Shown: piece by piece, positions 27,414 through 36,374 of the stretch
How positions within the stretch are numbered: position 1 is the first letter of the stretch
Layout: each line of letters opens with the position of its first letter
DNA from: Chloroflexota bacterium
GTDB taxonomy: Bacteria; Chloroflexota; Anaerolineae; UBA2200
Reading direction: 5' to 3'
NCBI GenBank assembly: GCA_014360905.1
Contig: JACIWW010000012.1
Coordinates: 8,011 to 72,010, forward strand
Length of the DNA stretch: 64,000 bases
Notes under the pieces: generated by a model
Databases searched by the model: none
What the model was told of the DNA's origin: nothing
Seen by the model: the letters and a program-made list of their open reading frames with translations, nothing else
Program-made: the position numbers and the translations under genes

Positions 27414-28304
27414 ATGGAAGAATGGTTCGCGTTGGTGCAGAGCGCTCTTTCTGCTCTGCCCCGTCCGAGCGACACGGCAGAAATGCTTCACAACGCGGGA
27501 CTGCTGCCCGCCGAGTGGGACATGCTGGTAAGCTCTTACTTGTGCGAGCCCCCACCTTCTGTGGATCTATTGGCAGAATGGTTGCCCTATACTGCACCGC
27601 AATTATGTAAGGCGCGTCTGACTGCTTTGCTAGAAAAGGGCTTCCTGCAGGCGTTGAACGAGCAGGAATGTCTCCTGACCGACAGAGCAGTAGAGTTAAT
27701 CGAAACGTGGGTTGAGCGAAAACGGGCACAACTCGCTGCCCAGGCTCCTCTCCCTTGGCGAGACCTGCGTCAACTGGCGCATCTACTGTCGCGCATCGTG
27801 CAGGCAGCCCTTGCTGCGCCTCCTCCACCGCATAAAATTCACTTGCTGGGCAATCAGCGCTTGGCGCCCTCTGCCGATGCAGCACCGATGATGCACATTG
27901 ACCAATCCTTGACGGATTTGCTCTGGTTTCGCGACGATGCTCATATTGCTGCTTGGCGTGAGCATGGCTTCGATGGCCCCTCCATCGAAGTGCTAACCCT
28001 TGTGTGGCGTGGCGAGGCAACAGATCTGGATGGGCTGAGTGCTATGCTCAGCGAGCAGCGTGGCTATTCTCGGCAGGACTATGCCCGTGTTGTGGCGCGC
28101 TTGCAGGCGCGTGACTTTGTGCATGTCTCCGCAGCAGAGTTGAGCGTAACTCCCGCCGGTCGTGCCGTGCGCGAGGAAATCGAAAGCACTACCGATCGTT
28201 ATTTCATGTTCCCCTGGACTGCCTTGTTGCCGATAGAGGTACGACAACTGCGCGATCTACTGCAGTGCTTCGTGCATGCGAGCAGCGCGCCCTTTACGCC
28301 ATGA
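27414..28304 (+). CDS. Hypothetical protein, possibly with tandem winged-helix (MarR-like) domains, low-confidence regulator
   Basis: AGGTGA RBS before ATG 27414. No strong motif, helical. Confidence 0.35.
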   Translation: MEEWFALVQSALSALPRPSDTAEMLHNAGLLPAEWDMLVSSYLCEPPPSVDLLAEWLPYTAPQLCKARLTALLEKGFLQALNEQECLLTDRAVELIETWVERKRAQLAAQAPLPWRDLRQLAHLLSRIVQAALAAPPPPHKIHLLGNQRLAPSADAAPMMHIDQSLTDLLWFRDDAHIAAWREHGFDGPSIEVLTLVWRGEATDLDGLSAMLSEQRGYSRQDYARVVARLQARDFVHVSAAELSVTPAGRAVREEIESTTDRYFMFPWTALLPIEVRQLRDLLQCFVHASSAPFTP

Positions 28305-28355
28305 AGCGTTTGCTATGAACAGATTGGTCAAATCATTTGACGGAGGACGATCATC

Positions 28356-29129
28356 ATGCCCCAATTCCCTTGGCTCGATCCCAATCCCTTCTATTTCCCC
28401 GGTGGCTCAGTGGGTTGCCTGCTCATCCACGGCTTCACCGGTTCGCCGCCCGAGATGCGTCCCATGGGCGAGTACCTGGCCCAACAGGGCCTGACCGTCT
28501 CTGGCCCGCTCCTGGCTGGGCATGGCACGACCCACGAGGACCTAGCCCGCACCACCTGGGAGGACTGGTATGCTTCGGTCGAGGCGGATTATGACCATTT
28601 GCAACAGCATTGTCAGCAAGTGTTCGTAGCTGGGTTTTCCTTGGGTTCGCTCCTGGCCATGCATCTGGCTGTGCAACACAAACTGAGCGGTCTCATCCTG
28701 CTTGCCCCGGCGCTGCAGGTGCGGGACTGGCGGCTGCAATTCGTGCCACTCCTGCGCTTTTTCATCAAAGAAATGCCCAAGGACAACGACCCCAAACATT
28801 CGGATTTGACCGACCCTGAAGCCTACAAGCGCTTCTGGTCGTACGACATTATTCCCATCCCCGCCAGTTACCAGTTATACCGTCTGCAGAAAGTGGTGCG
28901 CGCGGAACTGGGGCACATCCGTGTTCCTACGCTGGTCATCTACTCCACCAGGGATATGTCCATCTCTTCACAGAGCGGACCGCTGACGTACCAGCGCATT
29001 GGCTCGGAGGATAAGGAACTGCTCGTGCTGCACAACTCCGGGCACGGCCTGGTCGTGGACAGCGAACGCCAGTTCGTCTTCCAGAAAGTGTACGAGTGGA
29101 TCACGGCACGCCAGCGCATCAGCGCATAG
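28356..29129 (+). CDS. Alpha/beta-hydrolase carboxylesterase
   Basis: RBS GGAGGA. LLIHGFTGSP oxyanion region. Nucleophile elbow GFSLGS. Confidence 0.8.
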   Translation: MPQFPWLDPNPFYFPGGSVGCLLIHGFTGSPPEMRPMGEYLAQQGLTVSGPLLAGHGTTHEDLARTTWEDWYASVEADYDHLQQHCQQVFVAGFSLGSLLAMHLAVQHKLSGLILLAPALQVRDWRLQFVPLLRFFIKEMPKDNDPKHSDLTDPEAYKRFWSYDIIPIPASYQLYRLQKVVRAELGHIRVPTLVIYSTRDMSISSQSGPLTYQRIGSEDKELLVLHNSGHGLVVDSERQFVFQKVYEWITARQRISA

Positions 29130-29154
29130 GGCAGCTTTTCTAGTCACTTTCTTC

Positions 29155-29350
29155 TGCTGGGCGTGGGCAACAGCCCATGCAAAAAGCCCCTCTCCTACAG
29201 CGTAGGAGAGGGGGCAGGGGGTGAGGCAATCCGAGCGCTGAAGCGCTCACTACAAACCCGCCAAGAGACGGCGGACTGTTGTCCGCCCGGAGCAGGCATT
29301 AAGCATAGCCAGGGATTTCAATCCCTGGCACTTGTGAGCGCTAAGGCGCT
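29155..29350. repeat. REP-like module cluster
   Basis: GTGGGCAACAGCCCATGC, CCCCTCTCCTACAGCGTAGGAGAGGGGG, GAGCGCTGAAGCGCTC, GGCGGACTGTTGTCCGCC, CCAGGGATTTCAATCCCTGG, GAGCGCTAAGGCGCTC. Confidence 0.8.
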
Positions 29351-29368
29351 CACTACAAGCCTCTCTGC

Positions 29369-30061
29369 TCACGCTAATCCTTCTACCCCCACCTCCTCGC
29401 GTCCTTCCCCGTCCATCTCTTCCATCTTGCCCGTGACGGTAAAGACCACACGCTCGCAGATGTTGGTCACACGGTCTGCAGTTCGCTCTAGGTTGTGCCC
29501 AACCCACAGCAGATACGTGGCTTGATCGAGGATGCGTGGGTCAGCGAGGATGAGCGTAATCAGCTCGCGATAAACCTGATTGTACAGCGCGTCCACCTCT
29601 GCGTCTTCTTCAGGAATGGCACGTGCGAGTTCCACATCGCGCTGCACAAAGGCTTCCAACGCCCGATGGAGCATGGAGCGTGCTTTCTCTGCCATGCGCG
29701 GCAAGTCAATCAAGGGCTTGATCAGTGGCTTTTTCCCAATCATCAAGGCAATTTTGGCAATGCCCTTGGCATAATCCCCCATGCGCTCCAACTCGGTCGT
29801 GATCTCCAACACCGCGGCCAAAACGCGCAGATCGCCAGCCATAGGCTGCTGCGTCGCAATCAACATGAGGGCATCTGACTCGATGGCAAAGCGCTTCTCG
29901 TTGATGGCACGATCTTGTGCGATCAACTGCTTGGCTGCTTCCAAATCCTGTCGCTTCAGGATGTCCACCGCCCTGACCAGAGCCTCCTCTACCATGCTGC
30001 CCATGACCAGCAACTCATCCTGCACCCTTTGCAGATGGCGCTCGAATGTCTCTCTTACCAT
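29369..30061 (-). CDS. phoU: Phosphate transport system regulator PhoU
   Basis: 230 aa. Duplicated PhoU repeats. RBS AGAGAGG. Confidence 0.9.
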   Translation of the reverse strand: MVRETFERHLQRVQDELLVMGSMVEEALVRAVDILKRQDLEAAKQLIAQDRAINEKRFAIESDALMLIATQQPMAGDLRVLAAVLEITTELERMGDYAKGIAKIALMIGKKPLIKPLIDLPRMAEKARSMLHRALEAFVQRDVELARAIPEEDAEVDALYNQVYRELITLILADPRILDQATYLLWVGHNLERTADRVTNICERVVFTVTGKMEEMDGEGREEVGVEGLA

Positions 30062-30093
30062 AGTGTTCCTCTCTTTCTAAATCGCGGCTTTCT

Positions 30094-30861
30094 TCATCCA
30101 AAACGTCCCGTGATATAGTCCTCCGTGCGCTGGTCCCGTGGATTGGTGAAAATCTGCGTGGTCAAGCCATATTCCACCAGCATGCCCGAGCGGCGCTCGT
30201 TCATCCAGAAGAAGCCGGTATAGTCCGAAACGCGTGCTGCTTGCTGCATGTTGTGCGTGACGATGACGATGGTGTATTGCTGCTTCAAGACGCGCATCAG
30301 TTCCTCGATGCGCAAAGTAGCAATGGGGTCCAGCGCCGAACAGGGCTCGTCCATCAGAATCACCTCGGGCTTGACCGCAATCACGCGCGCGATGCACAGG
30401 CGTTGCTGCTGTCCCAACGACAGAGAGAGGGCATCTTGGTTCAGGTTGTCCTTGACCTCGTCCCAAAGGTCAGCTCTGCGCAGGCTCTCCTCGACGATGT
30501 CGCGCAGATTGTTACCCTTGTCCAATCCCAGCACGCGCGGTCCGAAGGCAACGTTGTCGAAGACGGACTGGGGGAATGGGTTGGGACGCTGAAACACCAT
30601 CCCCACCCGTTGCCGTAACGCCACTACATCCGTGCCAGGAGCATAGATGTCCTTGCCATCCAGTAGTACCCGTCCCGTCAGCCGCACACCGGGAATCGTA
30701 TCGTTCATGCGGTTGAGACAACGCAAGAAGGTGGATTTGCCGCAGCCCGATGGCCCAATCAGTGCGGTGATATGCCGTTCCTGTATGACGACATCCACGT
30801 TCGACAGCGCTTGAAAACTGCCGTAGTAGAAGTCTAGTCCTTCTACTGCGATCTTGCTCAT
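30094..30861 (-). CDS. pstB: Phosphate ABC transporter ATP-binding protein PstB (copy 1)
   Basis: Walker [10 protein letters not shown], signature LSLGQQQRL, Walker B LMDEP. Confidence 0.9.
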   Translation of the reverse strand: MSKIAVEGLDFYYGSFQALSNVDVVIQERHITALIGPSGCGKSTFLRCLNRMNDTIPGVRLTGRVLLDGKDIYAPGTDVVALRQRVGMVFQRPNPFPQSVFDNVAFGPRVLGLDKGNNLRDIVEESLRRADLWDEVKDNLNQDALSLSLGQQQRLCIARVIAVKPEVILMDEPCSALDPIATLRIEELMRVLKQQYTIVIVTHNMQQAARVSDYTGFFWMNERRSGMLVEYGLTTQIFTNPRDQRTEDYITGRFG

Positions 30862-30863
30862 GC

Positions 30864-31631
30864 TTATCCAAACCGCCCCGTAATGTAATCCTCAGTCCTC
30901 TTATCCCGCGGAGTTGTGAACAGCGCCTTCCCAGGCTGATGCTCGATCAGTTCGCCCATCAGGAAGAAGGCGGCATAGTCCGCAACCCGCGCTGCTTGTT
31001 GCACACTGTGCGGAACCAGCACGATGGTATAATCGCGCTTCAGTTGGTTAAGCGATTCCTCCACTTTGGCCGTTGAGATGGGGTCTAACCCCGAAGTGGG
31101 CTCATCCAGGAGCAAAACCTCTGGCTGCAGAGCTAGGCTGCGCGCAATGCACAACCGCTGTTGCTGCCCACCCGAGAGGTGGTTAGCCGCGTCATCCAGG
31201 CGGTCTTTGACCTCATCCCACAGCGCGGCCTGGTTGAGGCTACGCACCAGGATTTCCTCCAAACGGTTGCGATCCTTAATGCCAGCCAACTTGGGGCCAT
31301 ACAACACATTTTCGCGCACCGTGCCGGGCAGAGGCAGCGGCAGAGCAAAGACCATCCCTACGCGCCGCCGTAACTCGGGGACATCCGTGCCTGGGGCATA
31401 GATGTCCTGCCCATCGAGCAGAATCCTGCCCGTCATCTGCGTGCCTTCCACTAGGTCGTTCAGGCGGTTGATCAGGCGCAGCAGAGTCGTCTTGCCACCC
31501 CCGGCTGGACCCAGGAAGACCGTGATAGCGCAAGCCGGCACGTCCAGGGTGATATCCTTCAGCGCCGGCACGCCGCTATAGGCATAACTTACGTTCTCAA
31601 CGCGAATTTTGGGATTGAAACTCGCTTCCAT
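30864..31631 (-). CDS. pstB: Phosphate ABC transporter ATP-binding protein PstB (copy 2)
   Basis: Walker [26 protein letters not shown]. Paralogue of the downstream gene. Confidence 0.9.
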   Translation of the reverse strand: MEASFNPKIRVENVSYAYSGVPALKDITLDVPACAITVFLGPAGGGKTTLLRLINRLNDLVEGTQMTGRILLDGQDIYAPGTDVPELRRRVGMVFALPLPLPGTVRENVLYGPKLAGIKDRNRLEEILVRSLNQAALWDEVKDRLDDAANHLSGGQQQRLCIARSLALQPEVLLLDEPTSGLDPISTAKVEESLNQLKRDYTIVLVPHSVQQAARVADYAAFFLMGELIEHQPGKALFTTPRDKRTEDYITGRFG

Positions 31632-31674
31632 TACCCCTTACGTTTCCCGTTTTCCGTTTTCCTTCTCCCGTATC

Positions 31675-32520
31675 CTACCACTGCCTCCTCCGCCGGAAAT
31701 AACTGCGGATAAGCGTCGCCACAACGTTCATCGAAAGCACCACTGCCAACAGGACGAGCGCTGTGCCGTATTGGATGTGGGCAGGCATGCCAGGAACCTG
31801 GGTGCTGATGACGTACAAGTGATAGGGCAAAGCCATGGTCTGATCGAAGGGCGAGCGAGGCAGGCGAGGCAGGTAGAAGGCAGCCACTGTGAAGAGGATA
31901 GGTGCCGTCTCGCCCGCCGCGCGCAGCAAGCCCAGGATGATGCCGGTGATGATGCCGGGCAGTGCTTGGGGCAGGACGATGTGACGAATGCCTTGCCAGC
32001 GCGTTCCGCCCAGGCTAAAGCTCACCGTGCGGAACTCCATGGGCACGGCACGCAGCGCCTCCTCCGACGTGCTGATGATCACCGGTAGGGTCATGATGGC
32101 CAACGTCAACGAGCCGGCCAGGATGGATGTGCCGAACTGTAAGAACAGCACGAACAGCCCCAGTCCGAAAAGCCCATACACAATGGAAGGGATGCCGGCA
32201 AGATTGACGATTGCCAGGCGAATCGCGCGGGTAAGCCAGGTATCCTGCGCGTACTCGGACAGGTAAATGGCCCCGCCGACGCCCATTGGGATGCACACCA
32301 CTGCCGTGCCCAGGGTCAATAACACCGTGCCAACGAGTGCGGGGAAAATGCCCCCCGCCTTCATCCCATCCCGAGGCATAGAGGTGAGGAATTCCCAGTT
32401 GATGGCTACGAGTCCGCGCAGGACGATATTACCGATGACCAGCAGAATGGGCAGCACCACGACGATAGCTGCCAGACCGAGCAGGGCAAAGCCCATGCGT
32501 TGAACTTGGTGGCGATTCAT
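31675..32520 (-). CDS. pstA: Phosphate ABC transporter permease PstA
   Basis: 6-TM permease with EAA-like loop, in pst operon context. Confidence 0.85.
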   Translation of the reverse strand: MNRHQVQRMGFALLGLAAIVVVLPILLVIGNIVLRGLVAINWEFLTSMPRDGMKAGGIFPALVGTVLLTLGTAVVCIPMGVGGAIYLSEYAQDTWLTRAIRLAIVNLAGIPSIVYGLFGLGLFVLFLQFGTSILAGSLTLAIMTLPVIISTSEEALRAVPMEFRTVSFSLGGTRWQGIRHIVLPQALPGIITGIILGLLRAAGETAPILFTVAAFYLPRLPRSPFDQTMALPYHLYVISTQVPGMPAHIQYGTALVLLAVVLSMNVVATLIRSYFRRRRQW

Positions 32521-33410
32521 CGCAGCCCTCCTCGTCGTCGCTTGGTGAAAATGGCTCTAGCGGCAGTCAAATTGATGAAAAAGGTCACCACGAAGAGGAT
32601 GATGCCAATAGCGAAGAGCGCCCGGTAGTGCACGCTCCCTTTCGCCACCTCGCCCATCTCCGCTGCGATCGTGGCGGTCATGGTGCGCACCGGGCGGAAG
32701 AAGGAATCGAGGCTCAGCGGCATGCGCGCGGCATTGCCCGTGACCATCATCACCGCCATCGTCTCGCCGATAGCACGTCCCATGCCCAGCATCACTGCCG
32801 TGACGATGCCCGACCGAGCGGCTGGCACCACCACGCGCCAGATAGTCTGCCATTGCGTGGCACCGATGGCCAGCCCAGCATCGCGGTAACTCTTGGGTAC
32901 GGCATCGAGGGCATCTTCTGCCACGCTGATGATCGTGGGTAGTGCCATGTAGGCCAGAATGAGGGCGCCGGTGAAAGCGGTCAGCCCCGTCGGTGCCCCC
33001 AGGATTTCGCGCACATGCGGGGCCACGAACGTCATGCCAAAGAAGCCCAGCACGACCGAAGGGATGCCCGCCAGCACCTCGATGAGCGGTTTCAGAATCT
33101 CGCGTGTCCAGTTCGGCGCTACCTCGCGCACAAATACAGCCGTTGCCACTCCCAGCGGCAGGGCAATGGCAATGGCAGTGATCGTGACGAACGCTGAGCC
33201 CAAAAGCAATGGCAGCACGCCGAACATGCCAAAGGTGGGGTACCAACGCACGTCGAGGAAATTTGCCAGCGGCACCTGGGCAAAGACGGGCAAGCCCTCG
33301 CGCAGCAAAAAGGCGAAAATGAGCACGACCAGCCCAATCGTCGAGATGCCCAGCACTTGTACCAGAGCTTCTATGGCGAATTCAGCCCACCGCGAGCGTC
33401 TATCATGCAT
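32517..33410 (-). CDS. pstC: Phosphate ABC transporter permease PstC
   Basis: Permease, 4-nt overlap with pstA. Confidence 0.85.
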   Translation of the reverse strand: MHDRRSRWAEFAIEALVQVLGISTIGLVVLIFAFLLREGLPVFAQVPLANFLDVRWYPTFGMFGVLPLLLGSAFVTITAIAIALPLGVATAVFVREVAPNWTREILKPLIEVLAGIPSVVLGFFGMTFVAPHVREILGAPTGLTAFTGALILAYMALPTIISVAEDALDAVPKSYRDAGLAIGATQWQTIWRVVVPAARSGIVTAVMLGMGRAIGETMAVMMVTGNAARMPLSLDSFFRPVRTMTATIAAEMGEVAKGSVHYRALFAIGIILFVVTFFINLTAARAIFTKRRRGGLR

Positions 33411-33419
33411 ACTGTGGTC

Positions 33420-34328
33420 TCACCTCATCTTCAACGGCACAAACCCCAATTGACTGACCAGCGCCTGCCCATCGCTCAGGATCCATTCCAAATACGCCTT
33501 GATCTGTCCGCGTGGCTCTCCTGCCGTGTACATGTACAAGGGACGTGCGATGGGGTACGTGCCGTCGTTGACCGTCTCTACCGAGGGCAATACATACGGG
33601 CCACCGTCGTCCTCAGCCACTGCAATCACCTTTTGATCTGGCGTGACATAGCCCAAGCCATCGTAGCCGATGGCATTGGGATTCTGGCGCACTTCGCAGC
33701 TAATCCCTTCCGAGGAAGGCATCAATAGCGTCTCAGGGGAGAAGAGCAAGGTGCTTTCCTTCTTTCCCAGGCGGATGACATTCTCCAGAAAATACACGTA
33801 GGTCCCGGAATTCGACTCGCGTGAGAGCAGGACGATGGGGCGGTTTTCGCCACCGACCTGGCGCCAGTTCGTGATCTTCCCCGTGTAGATGTCGGAGATT
33901 TGCTGTAACGTGAGCTGTTGCACCGGATTGGAGGGGTGCACCACCACGGCGATGGCGTCGCGTGCTACGGTGAACTCAACGGGGTTGATGCCGTTGGCTT
34001 TTGCTGCTGCAATCTCCTCGGGTTTCATCTCCCGTGATGCATTGGCAATGTCCACCATGCCATTGATCATGGCGGCAATGCCCGTGCCCGATCCGCCGCC
34101 GGTGACGGAGATGCGCACTTCGGGATGCAATTGCATGTATGCTTCGGCCCAGGCCAGAGCCAGGTTCACCATCGTGTCCGAGCCCTTGTTCTCGATAGTC
34201 TGGACGGGCATGTTTGCCGGGGTTTGTCCGGGAGATGGCTTGGAACGGCACCCCCACATCAATGCCAAAAAGCCCAGCAACACCATGCTGCGCATTGCAA
34301 CGTCGAAGAGGGACTTGCCAGCCCTCAT
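33420..34328 (-). CDS. pstS: Phosphate-binding lipoprotein PstS
   Basis: Lipobox LMWGC. Type-2 periplasmic-binding fold motifs (SVTGGGSGTGIAA). Start Met at 34328 is more likely than the track's 34394. Confidence 0.8.
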   Translation of the reverse strand: MRAGKSLFDVAMRSMVLLGFLALMWGCRSKPSPGQTPANMPVQTIENKGSDTMVNLALAWAEAYMQLHPEVRISVTGGGSGTGIAAMINGMVDIANASREMKPEEIAAAKANGINPVEFTVARDAIAVVVHPSNPVQQLTLQQISDIYTGKITNWRQVGGENRPIVLLSRESNSGTYVYFLENVIRLGKKESTLLFSPETLLMPSSEGISCEVRQNPNAIGYDGLGYVTPDQKVIAVAEDDGGPYVLPSVETVNDGTYPIARPLYMYTAGEPRGQIKAYLEWILSDGQALVSQLGFVPLKMR

Positions 34329-34679
34329 TGCGCCATTGCCCTGACCCAGTTCGTGTTCCCTCGAACCACTCGCATCAATCATCTCGACTGACAATTGTAC
34401 CCAGTAGTTCCGTGCGCGTCAAAAAGCTGCCTGCTCTTCTTTTGGCACAAGGCTCTCTACAACCATCTCAGCACCGCGGCGGAGAAACTAGCCAGGCTCT
34501 TGGGGAAATAGAGCTTGGCATAGGCACTCTGCGGGAGCAACTTGGCAGCTATGTCCGCCGGCAAAGTCACATCTTTTGACTGATCGCTCCGCTAGCAGTA
34601 CTATTAACCCAATTGGCAGGTGAATACAAAGAGTGCCCTTGTGCGTAACTCCATGCCAAGAAAAGGAGGGTTTGTTGCG

Positions 34680-35246
34680 ATGAAACAGAAACGAGTGCTG
34701 GGCATTGTGGGCAGCCCCAGGCGGGGCGGGAATACCGAGACCCTGGTGGATGAAGCATTGCGTGGTGCAGAGGAAGCGGGTGCGTCAACGGAAAAGATTA
34801 TCCTCAGCACATTGGACATTGCGCCATGCGAGGGCTGTGATGCCTGTGAAGATAGCGGCGTATGCATCCACGCGGATGACATGGAGGGCTTGCTGCGCAA
34901 GATGTCCGACAGCGACGTGTGGGTGCTAGGCACGCCCGTGTACTGGTGGGGGCCGAGCGCGCAGTTCAAGACGTTCGTTGACCGCTGGTATGCCAAGGTC
35001 TTCCGCGACGAGGACAAGGCGATGTTCCAGGGGCGGCGCATCGTTCTGGTTGTTCCTTTTGGCGATAGCGAGGTGAAAACGGCCCGCCATGTGGTGGGCA
35101 TGATGACAGACGCATTGGATTATGTCGAGGCGGAGCTTTTTGCCACCGTGTTGGCGCCAGGCGTGAACGATCCGGGCGAGGTACGCCAATATCCAGACGT
35201 GCTGGCTGCAGCCTACCGCGCAGGGAAAGAGGCAGTAAGCCGATAA
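34680..35246 (+). CDS. NAD(P)H-dependent FMN reductase / iron-sulfur-flavoprotein-like flavodoxin-fold protein
   Basis: RBS AAAGGAGGG. LGIVGSPRRGGNT motif. Cys cluster CEGCDACEDSGVC. Confidence 0.7.
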   Translation: MKQKRVLGIVGSPRRGGNTETLVDEALRGAEEAGASTEKIILSTLDIAPCEGCDACEDSGVCIHADDMEGLLRKMSDSDVWVLGTPVYWWGPSAQFKTFVDRWYAKVFRDEDKAMFQGRRIVLVVPFGDSEVKTARHVVGMMTDALDYVEAELFATVLAPGVNDPGEVRQYPDVLAAAYRAGKEAVSR

Positions 35247-35355
35247 GGGCAAACACAAGGTTTGCCTCTACGGGATAGTCCAAACGGGATTCATTACAGC
35301 ATGTAGGGGCGAATCTCGCATTTGCCCAAAAGAGATTTCGCGAGGAGAAAAAACG

Positions 35356-36342
35356 ATGAAACATAAGATGACCAAACGCGAACGGTTGGAAGCGACGGTG
35401 GCTGGCTATCCGGTGGATCGGCCGGCGATCGCGCTGTGGCGGCATTGGCCTGGCGATGACCAACGCGCTGCCAACCTGGCGCGCGCCACACTCGATTTTC
35501 AACGCATGTACGATTTCGATTTCGTCAAATGCATGCCCGCCAGCAACTATTGCCTTGCCGATTGGGGCGCAGAGTCGCGCTGGCTGGGCAATGAGGAGGG
35601 CACGCGCGAATGGGGACGGCGGGTGATCCAGCATCCGGAAGACTGGACGCGCTTGCCTCTGCTCGATCCCGCTCGGGGCATGCTGCACGAGATGCACCGT
35701 GCCCTGCAACTCATCGGTCAGGGGCTGGGACGGGACGTGCCCTTCATCTGGACCATTTTCAATCCCCTGGCCCAGGCCAAGAACCTGGCAGGCGATCTGC
35801 TGCTGGCGCACATGCGCCAATACCCCGATGCACTCAAGGCAGGGTTGGAAACCATCACCGAGAGCACCATTCGCTTCATCGAGGAGGTGCGCGATACTGG
35901 CGTCTCGGGCATCTTCCTCGCGTTGCAACATGCCACTCACGATCTGCTCACCGAGGCGGAATACCGCGAGTTTGGCCGTCCCTATGACCTGCGCATCCTG
36001 GGGGCAACGGAAGGGATGTGGTTCAACGTCGTACACCTGCACGGCGAGCATGTCATGTTCGACGTAGTGGCTGACTATCCGGTGCAGGCTATCAATTGGC
36101 ACGACCGCGAGACACCACCCTCGCTGTCCGAGGCCAAGACGCGTTTTCGCCGCGCTCTCATTGGCGGATTGCACCGCATAGATACCATGCTGCGCGGCAC
36201 GCCAGAGCAGGTGCGTGCGGAAATCCACACTGCCATCGAGGAGACCGGTGGGCAGCGCCTCATCGTGGGCACAGGCTGTGTCATGCTCCTCACCACGCCG
36301 GTGGGCAACATCCGCGCCGCACGCGAGGCCGTGGGGATCTGA
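35356..36342 (+). CDS. Uroporphyrinogen-decarboxylase (URO-D)-like family protein (may be a corrinoid-methyltransferase-like paralogue)
   Basis: 328 aa. TIM-barrel URO-D-like pattern. RBS GAGGAGAAAAAACG. Confidence 0.6.
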   Translation: MKHKMTKRERLEATVAGYPVDRPAIALWRHWPGDDQRAANLARATLDFQRMYDFDFVKCMPASNYCLADWGAESRWLGNEEGTREWGRRVIQHPEDWTRLPLLDPARGMLHEMHRALQLIGQGLGRDVPFIWTIFNPLAQAKNLAGDLLLAHMRQYPDALKAGLETITESTIRFIEEVRDTGVSGIFLALQHATHDLLTEAEYREFGRPYDLRILGATEGMWFNVVHLHGEHVMFDVVADYPVQAINWHDRETPPSLSEAKTRFRRALIGGLHRIDTMLRGTPEQVRAEIHTAIEETGGQRLIVGTGCVMLLTTPVGNIRAAREAVGI

Positions 36343-36374
36343 CGCCCCTCACTGATTGCTCGTCACTCCTCATC

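Noticed and set aside
30240-33453. Numerous long overlapping ORFs on the opposite strand of the pst operon (e.g. 30241..30618+, 32557..33246-)
   Set aside because: These are GC-rich antisense/frameshifted reading frames with Arg/His/Gly-rich nonsense composition, fully overlapped by well-conserved pstSCAB-phoU genes.
34395-34620. Possible Pho-box upstream of pstS (TGTGAC...GTCAAA-like half-sites on the minus strand near 34560-34590)
   Set aside because: I could not match a convincing tandem Pho-box consensus by eye. Left as unsubstantiated.
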